Origin: a virus
Virus record (IMG/VR): IMGVR_UViG_2512047007_000001
Coordinates: 4,917-68,916 of that record
DNA: 64,000 nt
Reading direction: 5' to 3' (one strand)
Shown: positions 53,040 to 63,031 of the stretch, in pieces
How positions within the stretch are numbered: position 1 is the stretch's first letter
Layout of the letters: each line of letters starts with the position of its first letter
Translations under genes and position numbers: made by a program
Notes under the pieces: generated by a model
What the model was told of the DNA's origin: nothing
Seen by the model: only the letters and a program-made list of their open reading frames with translations
Database searches by the model: none

Positions 53040-56000
53040 ATGCCCGTAGGCGGCAACTTCACCAACTGCAACTGCGGGCCCGAGACGTCCGCCTGTGAGA
53101 GCCCCACCGAGCCCCTGGCGACTGTCGGCCTGTGCCTGGCAGACGGCTCCCCGATCGCGGTCACGGTGGTCCGTGACTGCGCCGGAGTGGTCACCTCGGA
53201 GGGCTGGCTCGACCTCGCCACCGGCGCATGGTCAGCCGGGCCGCCCCCGGTCGGCACGGTCGCGTGTGGGGACTCCCGCTCCATCCAGGTCTCCGGCACC
53301 TTCTGCGACATCGCCCCGGACAGCGGCGACGTCCTCGGCCTGGTCCTCGTGGAGTACAGCTACGCCGCCGATGGCTCGATCGACGGCGTGCGCCTGGTCG
53401 ACGCCGTCACCGGCGAGACGTACACCCCGACCGGCACGGTGACGACCTGTCCGGCCGGGGTGGAGCAGCCGGAGCGGGACCTCACACAGCTCTGCGACAT
53501 CAACGACGACGAGTCCGGCACCGTCCAGGCGGTCCCGTTCCTGCGGGACTACCAGCGCGACGAGAACGGGCGGATCACTGGCCACAGTGACTACACGCTC
53601 GCCGGCGAGGCGTACGAGCCGACCGGCACCGTGGACGTCTGCCACCCGGCCGAGACGGAGCCGTGTGCCTCCACGGTGTCTACGCTGCGCCTCTGCGACC
53701 TCAACCCGGACGTGGCCCCGGACGAGACGGGCAAGCGGTGCGCGGTGCCGTTCCTGCGGCACCTGGTCTACGACTGCACCGGCGCCCTCACCGAGGCCCG
53801 GGACACGGCTACGGACGGCGTCACCCCGTACACGCCGGTGGAGGCCGTGGACTGCGGCACCGGCGGCGTGCCGGCCATGGTGGAAGTGCCGTGGGAAGTC
53901 GTGGACATCCAGCCGGACCCGGCGAGCGCGGTCGGCCGCGGCCTCATCTACACCCTGTCGCCGATCGACGACCCGACGACGACCGGCACGGTGACGGTCA
54001 CCACGAGCAGTAGCTACAACACGGCCTCCTGCCCGGCGACTCCGCCGGCCTACGCGTACCGCAACCCCACGCAGTACACGTTTACGCCGGACCAGGCGCT
54101 CCGGGACGCCGCAAGCTACGTGCGTTGTGACCTGGTGGACTTCGACCGCTTCGAGCCGGTCACCGGCCTGTCCCCGGCCCCGTCACGGCTCGGCGGCACC
54201 GCCTACTGGGACGGGACGACCGTCCGCCCGACCGCGAATGACGGCGTCGGCGAGATGTACTACGACGGCCCGCCTGAGCAGTGGACGTACCGCGTCGGCA
54301 ACACCGGCGGAGGCAACTCCTGTAGCTCCCTCTCCTTCGCCGCGGTGTCGCTGCGCCCGGAGGGCTGCTGCGCCCCGTGCGGCGGGAGCGGCGGCGGGGA
54401 CGGCAGCGGGCGCACCGTGCAGGAGGTATGCGTCATCGCCAACGCCGCTCCGGACGACGTGATGACGTGGACGCGGGTGATCGAGGACGGCGGCGCCACG
54501 ATCTACTACCTGGACCAGGACGGTGCCCGCTACGACGGCACCCTTCCCGCCGGGCACCAGATCGTGGCGTGTCCGGTGGAGGAGTCGGACACCTGCCAGC
54601 ACTGCGAGACCCTGACTCTGTGCGACGTCCAGCCGGACGAGTCCCCGGGGGAACCGGAGATCGCGTACGAGGCGATCCCGCTCGCCGAGCTCGGCCCGGC
54701 CGGCTCGTACGGCGACGGCAGCCCCGTCACGGGCACGCTGCCCAACGGCGTCGGCTACAGCGTGAACGTGGGCGAGTGGGGCCCCGGCCAGGGGCACTAC
54801 ACGTTTTACCCGTACGACGGCACGCAGGTGTGGTCGTTCACCGAGCCGGTCTATGTCCGGTTCGGGCTGCGCGGCCTCAACATCACGCCCACGGAGTGCT
54901 ACGTCCTCCCCGAGGGCGCGGTGGCCGAGTCCATCAGCCCCAGCCATACGTGGGACCCGGACAGCCGGTACCTGTGTGAGATCACCGGCCAGTCGAGCGC
55001 CACGGATGAATCTGTGTTCCGCCTCGGCCCGGTCACCGAACTGCCCATCGTCCCCTCGGGCAGCAACACCGGCGGCCGTGGCCCCGGCCTGATCGAGGTC
55101 GGCTTCCCCGTGGACGCGCCGGCGCCGGGCTCCTCCACCAGCTTCCTGCGCGTGGTGTGCCGGGACTGCTCCGGCGTCGTCACCTCGGTCACGGATACGG
55201 ACCTGGACGGCACGCCGTACACCCCGAGCGGGACCGTCACGGCCTGCACCAGCAGCAGCGGCGGCGGGGACCAGCCCGCGGAGCCGTGCCGGGACAGCTC
55301 CACGCTCCTGGTCTGCGACCTGCCTACCGAAGGTGTGGACGGCACGGCGACCGCGTCCGACGTGAGCGCGCAGGCCGCGGAGTATCCGTTCGACGCGGAC
55401 CCGATTCGCTGCGTCAACCCTCTGCCGGGCGGCGCAGCCAGCCTGTGGGCCGGCGGTGCCGGGAACGTCGTCTTCCCGGCGGAGACCACGGCATCAGGCA
55501 CGTGCGATGACCGGCCGCGCGGTCAGGTACTGCGCGGTATCGCCGCGGAACTCCAGGCCGATCCGCCGTCGTGCACTGACGGGACCGTCGACGTGACGGT
55601 GTCCGTGCGCGTCACCAACGACAGCCCGCACGCCGCCGCCGCCAACTACAACGGCGGCCTACGGCTCCACCGGGTCGACACCGGGGAGCGGCTGGCGCTC
55701 TCACAGAGCCTCCTTTCTACCCCGGCCAACGCCTCGCGGACGCTCACCGCCACCGCTACCGGCATCGACGCCGGGTTGCTGGAGACCGGGCAACTCGTCG
55801 TCGTCCTCGATGTGGAAACCTTCGACGGCACCAACCCGGCCGGCAACGGGAACCGGTGGACGGCCGACCAGTTCATGGCCACCTACGCCTACGGCACCGA
55901 GGGCTGCGCGAACCAGATCCTCCGCACGGTCGTCACGGACTGCGAGACCGGCGCCGTCCTGTCCGTGTCGGACACCACGATGGACGGCGAGCCGTACGAG

Positions 56001-58373
56001 GTGACGGGCGACGTCGGCCAGTGCGAGAGCACCGGAGGCGGAGCGACAGCGCCGCCGGAGATCCGGTTGGACGTGGAGACGGCGCTCCTGTGCATCCGGG
56101 ACGACGCCGGGAACATCACCGGTCAGGTCTTCGTGGAGCGCATCTACGCCGACCAGACCGGGGAGCGCATCGCGCAGCGCCTCACCGACCCCACCACCGG
56201 GGATGAGGTGGAACTCCCGGACGGCGCCGAGCTGGTCGCCTGCCAGGAGCCCGCGTGCCCGGTCGCGTTCTCCACGGAGTGCGTGGGCGCGGTCACCCGC
56301 ACGGAGGCCGGCTACGACAACACCTCCACGATCAACGGGGTGCCCGGCAAGTGCGGGTCGGTCCAGGGCCCGGGCGGGCAGTTCCCGTGCCAGCCGACCG
56401 GCGCCCTGACGATCACCTCGTGGATCGTGGACGGGGAAGAGGTCATCGGCGAGGGTGGCGGCCGGTCCTTCAACGGCGGCCCCTGTGGGCAGGGCACCAC
56501 CGCCAACCGCGGTATGCACCACAACTGGGCCCTTGCCCTCACCAACCTCGACCCGTCTGGCGCCAACTGGAGCGCCCAGGAGGCGGACGGCTGCGCCTGG
56601 TTCGTCGGCTCCACGGGCGGGACCCGCACCGTGTACGGCGCCATGACGGTGCAGGACGCGGCGGGACAGCAGTGGATTCTCGGCCCGGCGCAGGCCTGCG
56701 AAGAGGTCCAGTACACCAAGGTGTACACGCAGGAGTGCGACGGCACCGTGTCCGTCTCCTGGCTGGACGCTCAGGGCGTGGCGACGGACGCCCCGGACGG
56801 CGACCTCGTCCCGTGCGGCACGGGCTGCGGGAGCGGTGGCGGGGCCGGCCTGGACGTGGAGACGGTGGCGCTCTGCGACGTCCAGGCGGACGGCACCACC
56901 GTGCCGTTCCTGCGGCACATCACCTACGGGACCGGCGGGCAAGTCTCCGTCGTCCTGGACACCGGCCTCGACGCGTACTCCCCGTACGTCCCGAGCGGCA
57001 CCGTGGGCGTGTGCCAGCCGCGCGAGGACGGCCAGGACGTGGAACTCCTGGCCATGTGCGTCATCGACAACGCCACCGGCGGCACCGTGCAGCGCATCCT
57101 GGCGGAGGTCCGCTACGACGCGGAGACCGGCGAGCGCACTGGCGTCTCCTACGTGGACCCGAGCACCTGGGGGCCGGTCGCGCTCCCGGGCGGCACGCAC
57201 ATTGGTCTGTGCCCGGAAGCCGAGCCCGAGCCCGCCGAGGAGTGCCGGAACACGAGCACGCTCCTGCTGTGCGACGACACGGCCGGCACGCCGGAGACCG
57301 AGGCTGTGCCGCTGTCCACCCTCGCGGAGTCCCCGCCGGCGGTGAGCGGCACGCTACCGAACGGCGTCGGGTGGTCCGTGAGCGCCGGCCGGTGGGCTGA
57401 GGCCGCGGCCGGATACTCGATCGCGGTCAACCCCGGGCAGACCAACCCCGAGGGCCCGCAGGCGTGGACGTTCGATCAGCCGGTGCACGTCCGCGTCGGC
57501 ATGACCGGGCTCAACCAGGAGGAGTGCGCGCAGCTCCCGCCCGGCCTGGAGGTCGAATCCCTCAACACCGGGCACACCTGGGACCCCGTCACGCGCCGTC
57601 TGTGCGGGCTGCCCGGTGCGCCGGCGACCGCCATGACCATCCTGCGGAGCACCGCCCCGCTCACCAGCCTCGAATGGGACGCCGTCTACGACGGCGGTGC
57701 GGCGCCCGCCGCGAGCGGGGTGGGCCTGCTGGAGCTCACGACGGTGCCCGAGCCGGTGCAGTTCCTCCGGCACGTCACCGTGGACTGCGAGACGGGCGCC
57801 GTGGTGTCCGTCGCAGACTCCACCCTGGATGGCGACCCGTACACGGTCGTGGGTGAGGTCGGGCAGTGCACCAACGCCGCGCCCGCCGAGCCGGAGACCC
57901 CTCCGTGTGACGCCCAATCCGTGCTGTCCGCCTGCCGGTGGGACGACACGGACGGCGACGGCATCGCGGACACGGAGTACGTCGAGCTCCTGGCTGTCGA
58001 CTGCGACGGTGTCCTCGCCGGGATCGGCACGTACCTGCCGGACCTCTCCGAGCCGTACGAGCCCGTGAGCCCCGTGGACGGGAGCACGGCCGACCCTGGC
58101 CCGGAGCCCGCGGTGAACGTCCAGGCGCACCGGGTGCAGCTTGCGCCCGGCGGCACGTGGGACGCGGCGGACGTCGCCGCGCTCCGCTCCGTCACCCTGA
58201 CCGCGCACAGCGGCACGGGTCAGATCACCACGGCGGACGGGGTGTCCACCCTGTTCTCCGGTGAGTCGGTGACCTGGTCCGTGGACAAGGACGTGGACGC
58301 CGCTCTTGTCGGCCCGCTCACCGTCACCGCGGGCACGGGCACCGTCACCGTGACGTGGACGCGCTCCGTCTGA
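53040..58373 (+). CDS. 1777-aa Cys-rich repeat protein with inserted beta domains
   Basis: About a dozen related repeat units; paralogous inserts. Confidence 0.85.
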   Translation: MPVGGNFTNCNCGPETSACESPTEPLATVGLCLADGSPIAVTVVRDCAGVVTSEGWLDLATGAWSAGPPPVGTVACGDSRSIQVSGTFCDIAPDSGDVLGLVLVEYSYAADGSIDGVRLVDAVTGETYTPTGTVTTCPAGVEQPERDLTQLCDINDDESGTVQAVPFLRDYQRDENGRITGHSDYTLAGEAYEPTGTVDVCHPAETEPCASTVSTLRLCDLNPDVAPDETGKRCAVPFLRHLVYDCTGALTEARDTATDGVTPYTPVEAVDCGTGGVPAMVEVPWEVVDIQPDPASAVGRGLIYTLSPIDDPTTTGTVTVTTSSSYNTASCPATPPAYAYRNPTQYTFTPDQALRDAASYVRCDLVDFDRFEPVTGLSPAPSRLGGTAYWDGTTVRPTANDGVGEMYYDGPPEQWTYRVGNTGGGNSCSSLSFAAVSLRPEGCCAPCGGSGGGDGSGRTVQEVCVIANAAPDDVMTWTRVIEDGGATIYYLDQDGARYDGTLPAGHQIVACPVEESDTCQHCETLTLCDVQPDESPGEPEIAYEAIPLAELGPAGSYGDGSPVTGTLPNGVGYSVNVGEWGPGQGHYTFYPYDGTQVWSFTEPVYVRFGLRGLNITPTECYVLPEGAVAESISPSHTWDPDSRYLCEITGQSSATDESVFRLGPVTELPIVPSGSNTGGRGPGLIEVGFPVDAPAPGSSTSFLRVVCRDCSGVVTSVTDTDLDGTPYTPSGTVTACTSSSGGGDQPAEPCRDSSTLLVCDLPTEGVDGTATASDVSAQAAEYPFDADPIRCVNPLPGGAASLWAGGAGNVVFPAETTASGTCDDRPRGQVLRGIAAELQADPPSCTDGTVDVTVSVRVTNDSPHAAAANYNGGLRLHRVDTGERLALSQSLLSTPANASRTLTATATGIDAGLLETGQLVVVLDVETFDGTNPAGNGNRWTADQFMATYAYGTEGCANQILRTVVTDCETGAVLSVSDTTMDGEPYEVTGDVGQCESTGGGATAPPEIRLDVETALLCIRDDAGNITGQVFVERIYADQTGERIAQRLTDPTTGDEVELPDGAELVACQEPACPVAFSTECVGAVTRTEAGYDNTSTINGVPGKCGSVQGPGGQFPCQPTGALTITSWIVDGEEVIGEGGGRSFNGGPCGQGTTANRGMHHNWALALTNLDPSGANWSAQEADGCAWFVGSTGGTRTVYGAMTVQDAAGQQWILGPAQACEEVQYTKVYTQECDGTVSVSWLDAQGVATDAPDGDLVPCGTGCGSGGGAGLDVETVALCDVQADGTTVPFLRHITYGTGGQVSVVLDTGLDAYSPYVPSGTVGVCQPREDGQDVELLAMCVIDNATGGTVQRILAEVRYDAETGERTGVSYVDPSTWGPVALPGGTHIGLCPEAEPEPAEECRNTSTLLLCDDTAGTPETEAVPLSTLAESPPAVSGTLPNGVGWSVSAGRWAEAAAGYSIAVNPGQTNPEGPQAWTFDQPVHVRVGMTGLNQEECAQLPPGLEVESLNTGHTWDPVTRRLCGLPGAPATAMTILRSTAPLTSLEWDAVYDGGAAPAASGVGLLELTTVPEPVQFLRHVTVDCETGAVVSVADSTLDGDPYTVVGEVGQCTNAAPAEPETPPCDAQSVLSACRWDDTDGDGIADTEYVELLAVDCDGVLAGIGTYLPDLSEPYEPVSPVDGSTADPGPEPAVNVQAHRVQLAPGGTWDAADVAALRSVTLTAHSGTGQITTADGVSTLFSGESVTWSVDKDVDAALVGPLTVTAGTGTVTVTWTRSV

Positions 58374-58436
58374 CCCGCTCAAGGGCCCGCCGCTCATCGA
58401 GGGCGGCGGGCCCGCCCTGTACCTGAGGAGGTACCT

Positions 58437-58898
58437 ATGTCTGGCACCAACGGCAGCGTGGCCGCCGCGTCCAGTGACGTGGAGTACGAGGTCCTGTGCG
58501 ACGACGGAGGCCCGTTCCTCCGCCGCTACACCACGGTGGGGGGAGGCGCCCCGACCGTCACGGACACCGAGCTGGACGGCGCTACGCCGTACACGCCGGC
58601 CGGGGCCGTCACCCGGTGCGGCACTCCGGCAGCCGCGGCGCTCGTGGAGGCGACGGTGGAGAGGGTGAGCGGGGCGGGCTCGGTCACCATCGACGCCGGC
58701 GCCCGCTCCGTCACCGTCGTGGTCTACGCCGGGGCGCCCGCCGTCGCCATCGGCGGCGGCACGGCGGCGGCCCTCCCCGCCGGCACGTCCCTCACGTGGG
58801 GCGTCAACCAGGGCGGCGGGGAGGCCCTGGGGGACGCGCTGGTCTTCACCGGAGTGGCCGGGGATGACTTCCTCGTCACCAGCACCCGTGAGGTCTAG
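58437..58898 (+). CDS. Short paralog of the repeat protein (one repeat plus C-terminal domain)
   Basis: VLCDDGGPFLRRY..DTELDGATPYTPAG.V..C. Confidence 0.8.
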   Translation: MSGTNGSVAAASSDVEYEVLCDDGGPFLRRYTTVGGGAPTVTDTELDGATPYTPAGAVTRCGTPAAAALVEATVERVSGAGSVTIDAGARSVTVVVYAGAPAVAIGGGTAAALPAGTSLTWGVNQGGGEALGDALVFTGVAGDDFLVTSTREV

Positions 58899-59213
58899 GT
58901 GGCAGAAGGAACGGACGGCGCGTACGCCGCGCCCGGGCCTCGGGTGGAGCGTGCCCGGGGTGTGACGGACAGCGCGGGGAACGTCACCTTCGCGTGGCCC
59001 GTCGGCGCGTTCACCGCTCCACCCGTCGTCACCATCGGCGTGCAGGCCGGGGCCGGATTCCGGTCGCACGCCATCACGGCATCCTCGGCGACGGCCACCA
59101 CGGTGAATGTGCAGGTGTCCGCCGGTGTGACGTTGCTGGGTATCGGTGTGCTCGCCGTAGGCGCGGCGGCGGCCGGCGTCACGGTCCACGCTCAGGCGGT
59201 CGCCGCGCCCTGA
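58899..59213 (+). CDS. Small beta-rich fibre-tip-like protein
   Basis: VTFAWPVGAFTAPPVVT. Confidence 0.6.
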   Translation: MAEGTDGAYAAPGPRVERARGVTDSAGNVTFAWPVGAFTAPPVVTIGVQAGAGFRSHAITASSATATTVNVQVSAGVTLLGIGVLAVGAAAAGVTVHAQAVAAP

Positions 59214-59260
59214 GACGGAAGGGCCGGGGTGCGCGGGCCCGCTTGGGGCCGGGCGTCCCC

Positions 59261-59328
59261 GGCTAGACTCCTGGTAGCCGCTGGTTCTGGGCCGGGCTGA
59301 TCTTCACCGCTGCTGGTTGTGGGCCGAG
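59261..59328 (+). promoter_or_regulatory. Late promoter plus two leader motifs
   Basis: GGCTAGACT; GCTGGTTCTGGGCCGGG (59280); GCTGGTTGTGGGCCGAG (59312). Confidence 0.7.
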
Positions 59329-59359
59329 CCGTCCAACTCCGCTTTGTTGGAGGGCCCCA

Positions 59360-60061
59360 GTGCCAGCACCGCTCATTTCCAATGCCGCCACGGTGCGCGT
59401 CACGCGCGTGGACGGCTGTGGTCGCCCTGTCTGCGGCGAGGACTCCTCGTTCGTCACCGACTGCTTCGCCTCCGTCTCCATGGCGGCGAACATCGAGGAG
59501 GGCGAGGACATCACCTTCACCGCCGCCAACGGCCGTCAGTGCGGGTTCAAGCGAGGCTGCCCCACCCTCAACGGCTACGACCTCACGTTCGGGTTCTTCG
59601 AGGCGTCGCCGGAGCTCATCGAGATCATGACCGGCAGCCCCGTGTACTTCGACTACGACGGCCGCCCGATCGGTTTCGATTCGTGTTCGATTCCCTGTAA
59701 CTCCGGTTTCGCGCTGGAGGTGTGGACGGACGTGCTCGGCGCGGACGTCTGCGAGGACGAGGCCGCCGAGGGCGCGTGGGTCTACTTCCTCCTCCCGTGG
59801 GTCACCAACGGCATCCTCGGGGACGTCGAACTCGCCAACGAGGCCGTGAACCTGGAGCTGACTGGCGCGACCCGCGCGGGCGGCAAGTGGGGCACCGGCC
59901 CGTACGACGTCCAGGCCATCGACGCCGGCGGCACGCCCGGCCCGATGCTCGCCCCGCTCGGCTCCACCTGCCACCGGCGCATGTTCATCACCTCCATCGC
60001 CCCGCCGGAGACCAGCAACACCTACATCCCGGTGGCCGGCGACTTCTGCGTGGCGTCCTGA
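59360..60061 (+). CDS. Major tail (tube) protein
   Basis: RVTRVDGCG, GFALEVWT, YFLLPW; RBS GGAGG. Confidence 0.8.
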   Translation: MPAPLISNAATVRVTRVDGCGRPVCGEDSSFVTDCFASVSMAANIEEGEDITFTAANGRQCGFKRGCPTLNGYDLTFGFFEASPELIEIMTGSPVYFDYDGRPIGFDSCSIPCNSGFALEVWTDVLGADVCEDEAAEGAWVYFLLPWVTNGILGDVELANEAVNLELTGATRAGGKWGTGPYDVQAIDAGGTPGPMLAPLGSTCHRRMFITSIAPPETSNTYIPVAGDFCVAS

Positions 60062-60063
60062 CC

Positions 60064-60765
60064 ATGGCGCTGGACATCGTGGTGCCGGTGCGGGAGGGCG
60101 TCGTCCACGAGCAACTGCGCTACGCGCTCCGCTCGTGGGCGGCGACCCTCCCGCACCGGCGGGTGTGGCTGGTCGGCGCCCGGCCGTCGTGGGCGACCAA
60201 CGTTGAGCACATCCGCACCCGCCAGGGCGGCACCAAGTACCGCAACACGACGGTGGCCATGGAGGCGGTGTGCCTTCACCCGGAGATCAGCGACCCGTTC
60301 ATCTACTGCAACGATGACTTCTTCGTCCTCCGTCGCCTGGCCGCGGTGCCCGTGTTCCACCGGGGGCCGGTGGCGGAGGTGGAGGCGTACTACGCCACCC
60401 GAGGCAACGGCCGGTACCTGCGCGGCCTGCGGGAGACGCGGGATCTCCTGGTCGAGCTCGGCCACCCCGACCCGCTGTCGTACGAGCTGCACGTCCCCCT
60501 CCCCGTCAACAAGCGCGGGATGCTCGCCGCGCTGGAGACCGGCCGTCACCTCGACGTCCTCCACAAGCGATCGCTGTACGGGAACCTCGCCGGGATCGGC
60601 GGGGAGCGGATGGCGGACGTGAAGGTGATCAACCGGGCGCCAGGGTTCGACACGGCCAGCGGGTTCCTGTCGACCATGCCGGACAGCTTCACCCGGGGCG
60701 CCGTCGGCGGGTACCTGCGGCAAGCGTTCTTCAGGCCGTCCCGGTACGAGCGGGGGCGGCGATGA
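60064..60765 (+). CDS. Stealth-family hexose-1-phosphate transferase-like protein
   Basis: DIVVP, EQLRYALRS, RVWLVG, FIYCNDDFFV, YELHVPLP. Confidence 0.75.
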   Translation: MALDIVVPVREGVVHEQLRYALRSWAATLPHRRVWLVGARPSWATNVEHIRTRQGGTKYRNTTVAMEAVCLHPEISDPFIYCNDDFFVLRRLAAVPVFHRGPVAEVEAYYATRGNGRYLRGLRETRDLLVELGHPDPLSYELHVPLPVNKRGMLAALETGRHLDVLHKRSLYGNLAGIGGERMADVKVINRAPGFDTASGFLSTMPDSFTRGAVGGYLRQAFFRPSRYERGRR

Positions 60766-61580
60766 GCCTGCGCGTCGGGCCCTGCGAGCCGTGGCCCACG
60801 GTGCTCTGCTGCGACACCGACGAGTACCCGCCGGAGGAGGTCGAGCGGTGGACCCGCGTCGCCTCCACCATCCTCTTCCACCTCACGGGGATGCGGTACG
60901 GGCCGTGCCCAGTGACCGTACGGCCGTGCTCCCGCTCGTGCCTCGACGGCGGCGCCCCGCTCTCGTTCCAGGCGATGCCGGGGGCGTCCACGGGCGGGTG
61001 GGTGCCGTACATCGACGGCGCCGGTATCTGGCGGAACGCCTCACTGTGCGGCTGCAAGTCGTCGTGCTCCTGCGGGGAGCTGTCCGAGATCTACCTACCC
61101 GGCCCGGTCTACGACGTCGTGGAGGTCAACGAGAACGGCCAGGTCCTCGCGCCCGGCCTGGAGTACCGGCTCGACGCCCCGGGGCGGCTGGTGCGGCTCG
61201 GCGGCGCCCGCTGGCCGACGTGTCAGGAGATGGCGGAGCCCGAGGGCGCGCCGGGCACGCTCACGGTCACCTACCGGTGGGGCCTGGAGCTGGACGACGC
61301 CGCGGTGGCCGCCGTCTCCGAACTCACCTGCCACCTCCTCCGCGGCTGCGGCGCCGGCGGCGGGTCGTGCGGCTGCAAGGCCAACCCCCGCGCCACCCGC
61401 GTCTCCCGGCAAGGCGTCGAGATCGAGCGGCAGGACGTGACGCTCATGTACACCGAGGGCCTGACCGGTCTCCCCGTCGCGGACGCCTGGATCAAGGCCG
61501 TCAACCCCTACGGGCTCCGCTCCCCGGGCCGGGTCTACTCCCCGGACTACCAGCGCCCCCGCTTCACCGTCTGGCCGTAG
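60762..61580 (+). CDS. Head-tail adaptor
   Basis: ASTILFHLTG, AVSELTC, VSRQGV, GLPVADAWI..VNP. Confidence 0.75.
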   Translation: MSLRVGPCEPWPTVLCCDTDEYPPEEVERWTRVASTILFHLTGMRYGPCPVTVRPCSRSCLDGGAPLSFQAMPGASTGGWVPYIDGAGIWRNASLCGCKSSCSCGELSEIYLPGPVYDVVEVNENGQVLAPGLEYRLDAPGRLVRLGGARWPTCQEMAEPEGAPGTLTVTYRWGLELDDAAVAAVSELTCHLLRGCGAGGGSCGCKANPRATRVSRQGVEIERQDVTLMYTEGLTGLPVADAWIKAVNPYGLRSPGRVYSPDYQRPRFTVWP

Positions 61581-61590
61581 GAGGCCCCTG

Positions 61591-62193
61591 ATGCCGCTCT
61601 CCCCGCTCGCGGTGCACGACCTCGCGGAGGCCGTCCTCGGCTGCGTGTGCGCCGCCCTGGACGCCGCCGTGACGGACGGCGTGGACGGCGCGGCCGGATG
61701 CCCCTGCCGGGCCTGCGTGGTCCCCGGCACGCCCGCGTGGGACGAGTGCGACGCCCTCGACGGCTGCGCCGGCGGCCCGCCCGGACAGCTCACCGTCAAC
61801 ATCGCCCGCGTCTTCCCGTCGAGCCCGGACCGGTTCCCGGCGCAGGACGTCAGTGTCCAGGGCGTGCGGGGGTGCACGCCGCCGCACATCACCGCCGTGG
61901 AGCTGGTCGTCACCCTCCTGCGGTGCGTCCCCACGGTGGACGAGACCGGCTGCGCGCCGACGTGCGAGGAGCTGAACGAGGCGGCGCGGGCGATTCACGT
62001 GGACGCGGCCACCGTCTACTCCGCGCTCTGGTGCTGCCTGCCCGGCCTCAGCCCCAACCCGCGCCGGCCCCGCCGGTTCGTCTTCGGCGCACAGACCATC
62101 ATCGGCCCTCAAGGCGGGTGCGCCGGCCTGGAGCAGAGGGTCACGGTCGCGCTGCCCGGCTGCGGGCAGTGCCCCGGAGAGGAGTCCCCGTGA
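61591..62193 (+). CDS. Tail terminator/completion protein
   Basis: Position; Cys-rich. Confidence 0.65.
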   Translation: MPLSPLAVHDLAEAVLGCVCAALDAAVTDGVDGAAGCPCRACVVPGTPAWDECDALDGCAGGPPGQLTVNIARVFPSSPDRFPAQDVSVQGVRGCTPPHITAVELVVTLLRCVPTVDETGCAPTCEELNEAARAIHVDAATVYSALWCCLPGLSPNPRRPRRFVFGAQTIIGPQGGCAGLEQRVTVALPGCGQCPGEESP

Positions 62194-62567
62194 GCGTCCA
62201 GGTGACCGTACGGCCCGGCGCCCTCGCCCGGCTCCTGCGGCTCCGCAACGGGCCCGTGGAGCGGCGCCTCCGAGAGCGGACCCGGAGGGTGGCGGACATC
62301 GCCGCCCGGGAAGCGCCCGGCTCGATGGGGGACTACGTGGACTGGCGGGTGGAGAACGGCCCGCGCGGGCTCCGGGGCGTCGTCGTGTGCAACCACCACG
62401 CCGTTCGCTTCGTGCTCGATGGCACGCGGCCTCACCTCATCCGGCCGCGCCGGCGGAACGTGCTGCGGTTCCAGATCGGCGGGCGGGTCGTCTACTCCAA
62501 GCTCGTCCGGCACCCCGGCACCAAGGCCAACGACTTCATGAAACGGGCCCTGGAGCAGGGGCGGTAG
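62190..62567 (+). CDS. HK97 gp10-like neck/tail completion protein
   Basis: FVLDGTRPHLIRP...HPGTKANDFMKRAL. Confidence 0.75.
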   Translation: MSVQVTVRPGALARLLRLRNGPVERRLRERTRRVADIAAREAPGSMGDYVDWRVENGPRGLRGVVVCNHHAVRFVLDGTRPHLIRPRRRNVLRFQIGGRVVYSKLVRHPGTKANDFMKRALEQGR

Positions 62568-62959
62568 GCCGGCCCCGGCGGGGTGTTTGACCGCCGGGGC
62601 CGGTCGTGCCACGCTGCTGCGAGCTGATCAGTGCAGCGGCGGAGGCCGCTCCCCTTCACCCCGGGTCTCCCGGGGGCCCCTCATGCCGGGAGGGCGGGGA
62701 GCGGCCTCCGTGCCGTTCCGGGAGTCAGGAGCCCCCGCCGTCGCATCCTCCGCCGCTGGAGCTGGAGCCGGAGTCTCCCCCGGACGAGCCGCCGGAGGAG
62801 CCGCAGGACGGCGAGCTGGTGTCCTGGAGGTAGGGCGTGGGGTCCTGGCGCGTCGAGGACGACCCGAACGGACGTGGGCGGCGGGGAGCAGGCTTGCGCT
62901 GAGAGGCTGTCATGCCCGGGGTCTTCCGCACTTCCGCCCGGCCCACACATCACGGGGGC

Positions 62960-63002
62960 GGCTACCCTGCTGGGGCCGCCGCGCTGCTGGTTGTGGGCCG
63001 GG
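62960..63002 (+). promoter_or_regulatory. Late promoter plus leader motif
   Basis: GGCTACCCT; GCTGGTTGTGGGCCGGG (62986). Confidence 0.7.
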
Positions 63003-63031
63003 CGAGGAGCGGCCGCACGAGGGGCAGACCC

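Noticed and set aside
53040-58373. Diversity-generating retroelement target
   Set aside because: No reverse transcriptase and no near-identical TR/VR pair with adenine-specific differences seen.
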